Assembly (NCBI GenBank): GCA_036338595.1 | Contig: JAYZBV010000088.1 | Span: 1 to 13,522, forward strand | DNA: 13,522 nt | DNA from: Planctomycetota bacterium | GTDB lineage: Bacteria > Planctomycetota > UBA8108 > UBA1146 | Direction: 5' to 3' | Notes under the pieces: model-generated | Databases searched by the model: none | Seen by the model: only the letters and a program-made list of their open reading frames with translations | What the model was told of the DNA's origin: nothing | Position numbers and translations under genes: made by a program | In this document: piece after piece, positions 1-7,640 of the stretch | Numbering within the stretch: position 1 is the stretch's first letter | Layout of the letters: the number at the start of each line of letters is the position of its first letter

Positions 1-1139
1 TTCACGACGGGAGCATGCGCCTTGGCATTGCCATCCATCTCCGCCTCGGTGGTGTTATTGAAGAAGGAGTAGAGACCGTAGTACTCCCGCTGGGAGATGG
101 GATCAAACTTGTGCTCGTGACACTGCGCACACCCTGCAGTCAGGCCCAGAAAAACGGTGGCAAAGGTATTGGTACGGTCGACCGAGTAGATCATGCGGTA
201 TTCGTCGTTGATGGCACCGCCCTCGCTGGTGGTCGGGTGCGAGCGAACGAAGCCACTGGCGACCTGGTCCTTCAGGTCGGCCTCGGGGAGAAGATCTCCT
301 GCGAGTTGACCGATGACGAACTGGTCGAAGGGTGGGTTTTCATTGAAGAGTTCGATGATGCGATCTCGGTAGGGCCACATCTCTCGATAATTATCGAGGT
401 GCAGGCCGTGGGTATCGGCGTATCGAGCGGCATCCAGCCACAGCCTGCCCCAGTGCTCCCCGAAGCGGGGTGAGGTGAGCAGTCGATCGAGAACTCGATC
501 CCAGGCACCGTCCCTGTCATCGACGAGAAAGGCATCGATCTCATCGATGGTGGGCGGCAGACCAGTGATATCCAGAGTCGCCCTGCGAATCAGCGTCTCG
601 CGAGTCGCTCTCGGTTTCCAGGGTAACGATTCCTCTTCGAGGCGAGATCGGATGAAAGCATCGACGGGGGTCAGTGCATCTTCCTCTGACAGCGCTGGTG
701 GAACCTGACGCACCGGAGTAACCCATGCCCAGTGCGGCTCGTAGTTTGCACCTTGTTCGATCCAGCGCCGGATGGTCAAGCGTTCCGTTTCGTCGAGGCT
801 CTTGTGAGTCCTGGTGGGGGGCATGATGTCGTCGGTGTCCACGGCGAAGATGCGTTCGATCATCAGGCTATCTGTACTATTGCCAGGGGTCACGGCGGCG
901 AATCCATCCCGATCACGATACGCATCTTCTGCGTTGTCGAGGCGGAGACCTGCCTTGCGAGCAGCAGAGTCTGGCCCGTGACAGGGGAAGCAATTGTTGG
1001 AGAGGATCGGCCTGATTTCCTTGTTGTACGAGATGGGAGCCAGGTCGCCGACATCGGATACGAGGTGTGCTGGAGCAACGGTCGTGATCACGATTCCGAT
1101 GATGAAACTGATGCAGATGGTGGGCGCACCGTGCGACAT
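1..1139 (-). CDS. Planctomycete cytochrome c (PSCyt1) + DUF1549 (PSCyt2) domain protein, secreted; 3' end runs off the window
   Basis: Hand translation from ATG at 1139 (GGGAGGA just upstream) is open to the window edge. It reads MSHGAPTICISFIIGIVITTVAPA (signal peptide), then ISYNKEIRPILSNNCFPCHGPDSAARKAGLRLD...DIMPP...IRRWIEQGA (PSCyt1, CxxCH at 978-992). Next come HWAW...PVDAFIRSRL...TLIRRATLDITGLPPT...RFGEHWGRLWLDAARYADTHG...QLAGDLLP...FLGLTAGCAQCHEHKFDPISQREYY (DUF1549 motifs, CxxCH at 117-131). Confidence 0.93.
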   Translation of the reverse strand, partial: MSHGAPTICISFIIGIVITTVAPAHLVSDVGDLAPISYNKEIRPILSNNCFPCHGPDSAARKAGLRLDNAEDAYRDRDGFAAVTPGNSTDSLMIERIFAVDTDDIMPPTRTHKSLDETERLTIRRWIEQGANYEPHWAWVTPVRQVPPALSEEDALTPVDAFIRSRLEEESLPWKPRATRETLIRRATLDITGLPPTIDEIDAFLVDDRDGAWDRVLDRLLTSPRFGEHWGRLWLDAARYADTHGLHLDNYREMWPYRDRIIELFNENPPFDQFVIGQLAGDLLPEADLKDQVASGFVRSHPTTSEGGAINDEYRMIYSVDRTNTFATVFLGLTAGCAQCHEHKFDPISQREYYGLYSFFNNTTEAEMDGNAKAHAPVV

Positions 1140-1360
1140 CGAATCCTCCCGAAGTGGACTGGCGATGGTGATGGGGTCCGTGATCTGATTTCCTTCGATC
1201 CATCGCTCTGACGATAGCGAGAGCCATTATCACATGTGCCCGAGGTGTGTCCAAGCAGGCCGTTTGGATCGGAAATTTCCACGACGAGGCCCACGGTGCG
1301 AGGTTATCGAGGTTTGCAGTGGTGCTGCATCGAGATGCTCAGTAGATCCAGCGGATCGGT
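1068..1360 (-). repeat. Copy 1 of a duplicated promoter + 5'UTR + RBS + signal-peptide module (partner 4621-4895)
   Basis: Hand alignment: 1226-1267 vs 4764-4805 = 40/42 identical; 1122-1147 vs 4675-4700 = 24/26; 1316-1360 vs 4852-4895 = about 34/45; signal-peptide codons 1068-1139 vs 4621-4692 are collinear at about 46/72. Confidence 0.9.
1226..1254 (-). promoter_or_regulatory. Predicted sigma70-type promoter of the PSCyt gene
   Basis: The minus strand reads TTGGAC-N17-GATAAT with an extended -10 TG and the palindrome CACATGTG overlapping the spacer/-10. It lies 87 nt upstream of ATG 1139 and is nearly identical at 4764-4792. Confidence 0.65.
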
Positions 1361-1361
1361 C

Positions 1362-2768
1362 CTAGAACTGCACGACAAACTCTGCGCGCAGACCCTGGCC
1401 CCAGTCGTCGCCACCTTGCCGGCGGCTGTAGCCATCGACCTGAACCATCAGGTTGTTGTTGATCTTCTCCTGGAAACGGAGCCCGTAGGCGAAACTGCCG
1501 TCGCCATCCCCTTCGAGAGGAGAACGGCCGCCCACTTCCACCACCAGTTGACGAATATCCTCATCGAGGAGCCACTGATAACCGATGGCACCACCGAAGG
1601 AGTCGTCAGCTCTGTTTCCCAGCGCCGGGGCGAATCGACCGAGTCCAGGAGCATCGAAAAGCAGACCCGCCTGGCCGAGTGGGCCTCCCGTGGTCGGACC
1701 ACGGGCTGCCGAGGAAAACTCGTCGAATCCGATGAAGGCAGTGAGGTAGGCGTTGTCACGGGTACCACGCGGCGATGTGGATGCCTCTGCAAAGAGAAGA
1801 GTGCCATCGCTCACCTGTGCGTTCGATGCTTCGATGGAGTGAGAGTTCAACAGCCTCACCGTCGAGTTGAAAACACGACCGAACGCCTTGATCGTCTGCT
1901 GTAGTCCGAGTCCTGCGAAGATTCCGTCACCCCCTTCATGATCCGGAGAGCGGAGATAGAGGAGATCGGCTCCTATCGTGTGCTTGAAAGTGTCTGTCTC
2001 TGTCGAGATACCAAGCAGTTCGGTTTCCTCGGTGAGAATGTTGTCGTTGCGGTGCACTTCGCCGAAGCCGTAAAGGAGAGTCACCCGACTCGTGGATGCT
2101 CCGGAGACAGGAAAGAACTTCGTCAGGCCAACCGCGTCCATCAAGTCGTTTGCGAGCATCCCATCCTGAAGGTCGACTCCCCAGCGGCCGATGCTGAAGC
2201 CAATATCGAGAGGAAGATGATCGGTCGGATCGAGACGGGGAAATAGTTCGCCAATTTCGCCCTCGAAGAAGAAGGTGGTGAGTTCGGTATCCGATTCGCC
2301 GGTCCAGCCCCCCTCTGAAGCAGGCTGCCAGACATATCGGCTGAAGTTGCCTTCATCCTGCAGCGGTTGCATCCCGATGAGGATGCGTTCTGTTGCCGAG
2401 AGTTGCAGGTTGGCGAAAAGGTCGAGACGGTTGGCCAGTTCAACAATTCTCTCGCCTCCAGGAGAGGCTTCGACGGAGTGGATGCCGCTGCGGAAGGTAC
2501 CGAAGATCCACAGTGAGGGGCGCCAGATGGCACCGGTGGGGATGGTGAATCCGCTACCGAGCTTTCCAGTGGTGAGCATTCCGGGTCCGAACTGGATCAG
2601 CGGCGGGTTGGGCTGGATCAGGTCTGCATCGAGGAGAGGGATCGGCTGGTCGCTGAGTCGATTCGGACTCTCATCTGCGGCTTGCTGTGCCGACGAGACG
2701 CCAGATGGCAAGAACAACACAAACAGTGCCATGGCACCGAGAATCATCGATCGGGACGGGCGAGTCAT
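1362..2768 (-). CDS. Outer-membrane beta-barrel (porin-like) protein, 468 aa
   Basis: N-terminal signal peptide (MTRPSRSMILGAMALFVLFLPSGVSSA), many alternating amphipathic beta-strands (e.g. RLDLFANLQLS, GGAIGYQWLL, FAYGLRFQEK) and a C-terminal beta-signal ending in Phe (GLRAEFVVQF). It starts 19 bp after the cytochrome stop, with an AAGGAAG RBS. Confidence 0.8.
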   Translation of the reverse strand: MTRPSRSMILGAMALFVLFLPSGVSSAQQAADESPNRLSDQPIPLLDADLIQPNPPLIQFGPGMLTTGKLGSGFTIPTGAIWRPSLWIFGTFRSGIHSVEASPGGERIVELANRLDLFANLQLSATERILIGMQPLQDEGNFSRYVWQPASEGGWTGESDTELTTFFFEGEIGELFPRLDPTDHLPLDIGFSIGRWGVDLQDGMLANDLMDAVGLTKFFPVSGASTSRVTLLYGFGEVHRNDNILTEETELLGISTETDTFKHTIGADLLYLRSPDHEGGDGIFAGLGLQQTIKAFGRVFNSTVRLLNSHSIEASNAQVSDGTLLFAEASTSPRGTRDNAYLTAFIGFDEFSSAARGPTTGGPLGQAGLLFDAPGLGRFAPALGNRADDSFGGAIGYQWLLDEDIRQLVVEVGGRSPLEGDGDGSFAYGLRFQEKINNNLMVQVDGYSRRQGGDDWGQGLRAEFVVQF

Positions 2769-2787
2769 CGGTGAACTTCCTTTGCGA

Positions 2788-4692
2788 TCATCGGCCGGGG
2801 GGATCTGATTGGATCTCTACGACGGTTTCCTTCGAATCGACAACGATGGCTCCTGCGACGATGGCTTCAGCCAGCTCTCGTGGTGACATCCCGTAATCGA
2901 TTCCGCCCTGCATGATGTGGTGGACGAGGTTGACGGGGACCGCCTGGGAGACGAACCGGAACTGGATGTTGTAGAGCCCGGCGCCGGTCAGAAGTTCCTC
3001 ATCGATGTGGTACTTAGCAGTTCGCTTTCCCAGAGGCTCGATGTTTCTCCGATGTTTGCGCACACCACTGAGGCGTCCATAGACATTGTTAGGCCGGGTT
3101 GCCGGCCGGACGAAGGGCAGCAGTGAAATGGAATGATTGATGGGAAGGACCTGCTCACGATCCCCTCCGCGGATATTGCTGGTCATGAACTTCGATTGCA
3201 GGTTGAACAGTTGCTCATCCAGGGGCAACTCGCCGTTGTGCACGTATAGCGAGAAATCGTCACGCAGATCGCCATTGGGGTCGCGGTCGCCGGAGAGGAA
3301 AACCACATTCCCTTCCTCATCGGTGGCCTCGACCTGGATGACGAACATTCGCTCGGCATCGAATCCGGTCGGGACATTGTGACCCCTTGTCAGATTCTTG
3401 ACATCGATCTCGAAATCGATGCCGCCGCCATCTGAACGAGTGATGCGTGGTTCGCTGAGGGCGAAACCGTTCGCCAGAACGGTTTTCCTCTGACCCTTTG
3501 CCCACTCCAGTAGATCGAGTTGAGCGTCGATGATCTCGCGGCCCTCGTATCGGTCGTCGATCGACACCCAGCTGTCGGGGAAGGGGAATTCATCAGGACA
3601 ACTGTCTTCGAACAGGTCGGTCCCCCAGCCACCCTTGACATCAAAATCGAGCCAGTCGGCCAGCGACTTGAACTCGCTGGCGCGCTTGTTGATGGGAAAG
3701 ATCCCCGGATGGATGACGGAGTAATCGGGCCCGGCGAAGTAGTGGTTGGTCAACTTTCGCGGCGCGCTCTCCTTGCCTCCGATGACAGCGGCAGGCCCTT
3801 CTTGATACCCCGACGGGATTCCCTGCACGGCACTCATGTGGCAGTCGTTGCAACTCGTACCATCATCGGCCGCAGGAGAGTTCTTGTACTCCGTGAACGC
3901 TTCTTCGATTCTCAGGCCGTTGGGAGCGAAGACCTCGTGGCAACTGGCGCAAAAGGCGGGCTGTGTCATCTCGAAGAAGGGTTCGACCTCGACATGGATG
4001 CCGCGGCCGAGTTTCTCGCGATCCGTGACGACGCGAAATTCCCGCGGATTCGAGAGGATTCTGGCCAGTTCAGAGTTTCCCCCCGGGCCCTTGATCGGGT
4101 CGAAGAGATCTCCCTGGTCGATCCCGATGCGTCCCGACATCTTGCGGTAGGGAAGGCTCATCCGGTGGCAGATGACACAGGTGATGCCTTCTCTCGATGC
4201 CGGATGGCGGTCGAGGTTGGACATACTGAGCGGCTCACCCAGGTCGGAGCCGACGGGCGAGTGGCAGCGCAGACAGAAATCTCCGGTGGTGTTACTGGTT
4301 CCAAGATTGATGGAGTTCTGCATCGCCATCAGTAACGGGCTCATCTGTGCGTAGGCGTGCTGCGATACGGACCACTCCCGGTACTGCTTTGGATGGCAAG
4401 TGGCGCACTCTGCTGCTAGCGGGAAGCGGGTATCCTTGAAGAGACGCGCATGTTCCTTCGCCGGATCGACCTGTGGAGAATCGGACGGCTCCGGTTCGTC
4501 GCCGGACAGGAGATCCCCATCGAGCAGATCCCCATCGAGTAGATCTCCATCGAGTAGATCATCGTCATCCAGGGGAGCGGGATCCTGCACGCCAGAGGCC
4601 GTGTCCGCAGGTTCCGCCTGAGCATCCGCACCGGTTGCTAGCAGGAGGATGAGGAGAAGACTCAGGATGAAGGCGGGCACACCGTGCGACAT
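2788..4692 (-). CDS. Secreted pentaheme c-type cytochrome (cytochrome c554-like multiheme family), 634 aa
   Basis: Signal peptide MSHGVPAFILSLLLILLLATGADA. Five CxxCH motifs: CATCH 4393-4407, CLRCH 4261-4275, CVICH 4165-4179, CASCH 3937-3951, CNDCH 3838-3852. The pattern CxxCHPKQYREWSVSQHA is typical of c554-like domains. The C-terminal half is heme-free and contains GHNVPTG. Confidence 0.92.
   Translation of the reverse strand: MSHGVPAFILSLLLILLLATGADAQAEPADTASGVQDPAPLDDDDLLDGDLLDGDLLDGDLLSGDEPEPSDSPQVDPAKEHARLFKDTRFPLAAECATCHPKQYREWSVSQHAYAQMSPLLMAMQNSINLGTSNTTGDFCLRCHSPVGSDLGEPLSMSNLDRHPASREGITCVICHRMSLPYRKMSGRIGIDQGDLFDPIKGPGGNSELARILSNPREFRVVTDREKLGRGIHVEVEPFFEMTQPAFCASCHEVFAPNGLRIEEAFTEYKNSPAADDGTSCNDCHMSAVQGIPSGYQEGPAAVIGGKESAPRKLTNHYFAGPDYSVIHPGIFPINKRASEFKSLADWLDFDVKGGWGTDLFEDSCPDEFPFPDSWVSIDDRYEGREIIDAQLDLLEWAKGQRKTVLANGFALSEPRITRSDGGGIDFEIDVKNLTRGHNVPTGFDAERMFVIQVEATDEEGNVVFLSGDRDPNGDLRDDFSLYVHNGELPLDEQLFNLQSKFMTSNIRGGDREQVLPINHSISLLPFVRPATRPNNVYGRLSGVRKHRRNIEPLGKRTAKYHIDEELLTGAGLYNIQFRFVSQAVPVNLVHHIMQGGIDYGMSPRELAEAIVAGAIVVDSKETVVEIQSDPPGR
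4511..4560. repeat. 15-bp in-frame tandem repeat (~3.3 copies) encoding (DLLDG)n in the cytochrome N-terminal linker
   Basis: agatccccatcgagc / agatccccatcgagt / agatctccatcgagt / agatc; the protein reads DDDDLLDGDLLDGDLLDGDLLSGDE. Confidence 0.92.
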
Positions 4693-4895
4693 CGATTCCT
4701 TTCTTCGGGGCGATCAGGGCTGGATCGCCGCCATCTCCGGACAATCCTTCGAAAGCGACGGCGATTATCACATGTGCACGAGGTGTGTCCAAGCAGGCCG
4801 ATTGGCCGATATACGCCAGCGGATGACGGAAGTGTGCGGGTTCCGGCCCCGGCAGTGGTGCCGTATCCTGATGTGCTGTAGACCCTGCCGTCGGT
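4621..4895 (-). repeat. Copy 2 of the duplicated promoter + 5'UTR + RBS + signal-peptide module (partner 1068-1360)
   Basis: Same orientation as copy 1. Blocks match at 40/42, 24/26 and about 34/45, and the spacing between the two upstream blocks differs by only 2 nt. Confidence 0.9.
4764..4792 (-). promoter_or_regulatory. Predicted sigma70-type promoter of the pentaheme cytochrome-porin operon
   Basis: Minus strand TTGGAC-N17-GATAAT with extended -10 TG, 72 nt upstream of ATG 4692. Confidence 0.65.
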
Positions 4896-4952
4896 GTGCT
4901 GCCAACTGGTCTCCGGGGCGGTCTGCGATACTGAATCATGGAGGTGTCTCGG

Positions 4953-5780
4953 ATGATACGGATCAAGAACGCACTGTTATTGCTCTTCGTTACAGCATTC
5001 TTCTTCACCGCCTTTGCCGGTGCCATCGATGATGGCCCACGGCCGGGGTATCGCGACACCCCCATCATCCCTGGACAGAAGTGGAGAGTTCACGACTCCG
5101 AACGCCCCTATCCTGTAGTGGTCGATCCTGGACCGGGGATCTTCTCCAATGGGCGCCCAGCAGACGCAGTGGTGTTGCTCGATGAATCGGGAGATCTCTC
5201 GGCGTGGAGCAGTGGAGGCAAGGATGCACGCTGGGCATTTGTCGAGGGAGCGATGGAAGCACGACCTGGATCGGGCAACATCAGCACCCGCGAGTCATTC
5301 GGGGACATCCAACTTCATCTCGAGTTCCGAACTCCACCCGAGGTGAAGGGATCTTCTCAGGGTAGGGGCAACTCCGGTGTGTTCCTGATGGAGCGCTATG
5401 AGATCCAGGTACTCGATTCTTACGAGAATCCAACCTACCCCGACGGTCAGTGTGCTGCCTTCTACGGCCAGTGGCCGCCGTTGGTCAATGCCTGCCGCGG
5501 TCCTGGTCAGTGGCAAAGTTATGACATCCTGTTCACGGCCCCGCGGTTCTCTGGCGAGGGAATGCTGCTGTCACCGGCGCGCGCAACGGTGCTGCACAAC
5601 GGCATCGTCGTCCATGATGCTCGCGAATTCCTGGGACCCACATCCCATCGTTCGAAGCCTTCTTACTCGAAGCACGGACCGACCGGGAAAATCAGTTTCC
5701 AGGATCATGGTAATCCGATCCGTTTCCGCAATGTCTGGCTCAGAAGGCTAGACGATGCCTCCGAGGACGATTCTCGGTGA
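4953..5780 (+). CDS. Secreted DUF1080 (3-keto-disaccharide hydrolase family) protein, 275 aa
   Basis: Family motifs ISTRESFGDIQLHLEF, GRGNSGVFL...YEIQVLDS, GQWQSYDI, TVLHNGIVVH and GKISFQDHGNPIRFRNVWLR, plus a hydrophobic signal peptide. Start placed at ATG 4953 because GGAGG (4940-4944) lies 8 nt upstream; the ORF track starts at 4938. Confidence 0.93.
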   Translation: MIRIKNALLLLFVTAFFFTAFAGAIDDGPRPGYRDTPIIPGQKWRVHDSERPYPVVVDPGPGIFSNGRPADAVVLLDESGDLSAWSSGGKDARWAFVEGAMEARPGSGNISTRESFGDIQLHLEFRTPPEVKGSSQGRGNSGVFLMERYEIQVLDSYENPTYPDGQCAAFYGQWPPLVNACRGPGQWQSYDILFTAPRFSGEGMLLSPARATVLHNGIVVHDAREFLGPTSHRSKPSYSKHGPTGKISFQDHGNPIRFRNVWLRRLDDASEDDSR

Positions 5781-7588
5781 GTGACTCCGGGTCTCTTTCT
5801 CGTTGGTGGGTCGCTGTCGAGGCAACCGCCATCCGGAGCGCGGACGAGGCAACAGCCGTCGATCTGCCGGGGCTTCCTGCGGCGGTGAAAACGCTCAGCG
5901 AGGTCGCTGTTGCAGAGGTCCGTTTCGATTTCTCCGGGGCCCAGGCGTTGCTCGATGGCATCGGAGATCTTGAGTCGCCCTGGGATCAAGTGGCCCGGCT
6001 GTTACGGCTGCGACTCCAGTTTCGAAGTAGCAGTGGCCATCGGGAGTCGCTCGTCACACTTGTGCAACAAACTCAGCAACTGATCGACGATCTCACCGAT
6101 GATCATGGTGCGACCCGTGCTCGCGCTCGTCATCTGCTGGCTGCGGTCAGTTTGCAGATGAATCAACCGGGGAATGCTCTCGAGTGCATGGCAGATGCGA
6201 TGGAAGAACTGGGTGATGTGCCCTCCCGCTCGTGGTTTCTCGATAGCATCGCTCAGGCGTATCTCTCCCTGGGAGCGTGGAGCGAGGGGAGACGCACCCT
6301 GCGAAGTTCGATCCTGGCAAAAGATGCTGTCGATGATCATCTCGGGATTGCCATCTCGACCGGTCATCTGGCGCTGGCAGAGATCCAGGGCGGTGATCCA
6401 GCTCGTGCGCTGGAGGTTCTCGACGAGACCTGGTCGCGGCGAGCGGGAGCTCTCGAGGCGCTGTCTCGCCTGCGGCTGGCCACCTTCCAGTTGCAGGCAG
6501 CGGTGGAACTGAAGCAGCCAGCCGAGGTGAAGACCCGATGCATCCGCCTCGATGAACTCCTCCAGGAATGTGCCGATGCAGAGCATTATCTGGTCGGGTT
6601 TGCCTACATGGCCCGGGCGCGTTCGCGTGCGATCACCGGCGATGTCGACGGTATCGATGCTGACCTCGATCTCGCCTCGAAACGACTCCAGCATCCGGAG
6701 CTGGCGCTGCTGATCGATTACTGGCGCATACGATTACTTCCGAGGCAGCAGCGCCAGGAGGACTGGAAAGAGTCGATGCAGCGAGCGATCGATTCGATGG
6801 AAAAGGTCAGCGAAGGCGAGATTCTGGGGCTCCTGCTCTTTGCAGAGGAGGCGATGCAGGAGGGTGACCGATCCCGTGCAGTGACCCATCTCGATCAGGC
6901 CTACTCGCGTGCAGTTCTGGCCAATCATCCGGGCTGGCAGCAGCAGGTCGATCGGCTATTTTCCGAGATCGATCCGACACTGCATTCTCGTCGCACCATC
7001 GAACGCTTCAGTGGTCGCCCCGCCGAAGAGATGGAAAAAACAACCACCGAGGATGCGACCATCATCTTCGCCGATCTTGCCAATTTTACGAGCCGCTCCA
7101 CGGAGCTCTCCGCCGAGGAGGTGATGGAAACGGTGAGAAGTGTCTTTGAACTGGCGGTGCCACTGCTGGCCAAGCACAAGGTGCGGCCGTTGCAACACCT
7201 CGGCGACGGACTGCTGGCCGCATGTCAGGGAGATGACCACAGCAGTCGTGGATTGCACTTTGCCATCGATCTTGTCGAGCGCACCAACGCCGCCAGCAGG
7301 ATTCGCAGGGCACAAGGTGAAGTGTGGGGCCTGGATCTGCGAGCGGGAGTCAACTCCGGCTCCGTGGTGTTCGGAATGCTCGGTTCCAGTTTCAAGCAGG
7401 AGTGGCTCGCCATCGGCAAGACCACCAACCTTGCGGCGAGACTGCAGTCGAAGGGTGAAATCGGAGAGGTGGTGACACTGCCAGAGATCGCCAAGCAGGT
7501 CGGCTACGATTTCACAGGCGACACGGTGGAAGCGCATCCGATGAAAGGGTTCTCTGAACCGGTGCCGCTACTGCGCATCCGGGTGTGA
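5777..7588 (+). CDS. TPR-like repeat protein with a C-terminal class III (adenylate/guanylate-type) nucleotide cyclase domain, 603 aa
   Basis: Cyclase motifs ATIIFADLANFT (D433), LQHLGDGLLA (D477), LRAGVNSG and WLAIGKTTNLAARLQ (N551, R555). The N-terminal ~400 aa is helical and TPR-like, with no evident transmembrane segment. The GTG start overlaps the DUF1080 stop (GTGA, 5777-5780). Confidence 0.88.
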   Translation: MSDSGSLSRWWVAVEATAIRSADEATAVDLPGLPAAVKTLSEVAVAEVRFDFSGAQALLDGIGDLESPWDQVARLLRLRLQFRSSSGHRESLVTLVQQTQQLIDDLTDDHGATRARARHLLAAVSLQMNQPGNALECMADAMEELGDVPSRSWFLDSIAQAYLSLGAWSEGRRTLRSSILAKDAVDDHLGIAISTGHLALAEIQGGDPARALEVLDETWSRRAGALEALSRLRLATFQLQAAVELKQPAEVKTRCIRLDELLQECADAEHYLVGFAYMARARSRAITGDVDGIDADLDLASKRLQHPELALLIDYWRIRLLPRQQRQEDWKESMQRAIDSMEKVSEGEILGLLLFAEEAMQEGDRSRAVTHLDQAYSRAVLANHPGWQQQVDRLFSEIDPTLHSRRTIERFSGRPAEEMEKTTTEDATIIFADLANFTSRSTELSAEEVMETVRSVFELAVPLLAKHKVRPLQHLGDGLLAACQGDDHSSRGLHFAIDLVERTNAASRIRRAQGEVWGLDLRAGVNSGSVVFGMLGSSFKQEWLAIGKTTNLAARLQSKGEIGEVVTLPEIAKQVGYDFTGDTVEAHPMKGFSEPVPLLRIRV

Positions 7589-7640
7589 GACGGACTCACA
7601 TCGATCGGGATCCACGGTCCACTTCAAGGTGAGCATCCGA

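Noticed and set aside
15..4335. Plus-strand ORFs 15-473, 732-1211, 1236-1904, 2275-2808 and 3520-4335
   Set aside because: They are antisense shadows of well-supported minus-strand genes, have no recognisable motifs, and are expected at high GC.
1362..4692. Naming the pair mtrA/mtrB, or the cytochrome nrfA or hao
   Set aside because: It has five CxxCH motifs rather than ten or eight, no CxxCK motif, and the barrel is shorter than MtrB.
1226..4805. Treating the 42-bp repeats as CRISPR repeats, IS ends or integron attC sites
   Set aside because: There are only two direct copies 3.5 kb apart, with no spacer array, cas gene, transposase, integrase or attC-like extended palindrome.
5777..7588. 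Calling the cyclase a Pycsar system
   Set aside because: There is no adjacent cNMP-binding TIR or transmembrane effector gene, and the long TPR N-terminus is unlike PycC.
7584..7600. TGTGA-N7-TCACA resembling a CRP site, or a terminator hairpin
   Set aside because: The spacer is 7 nt rather than 6, and it lies between convergent gene ends where no promoter is expected. The stem is only 6 bp with no U-tract.
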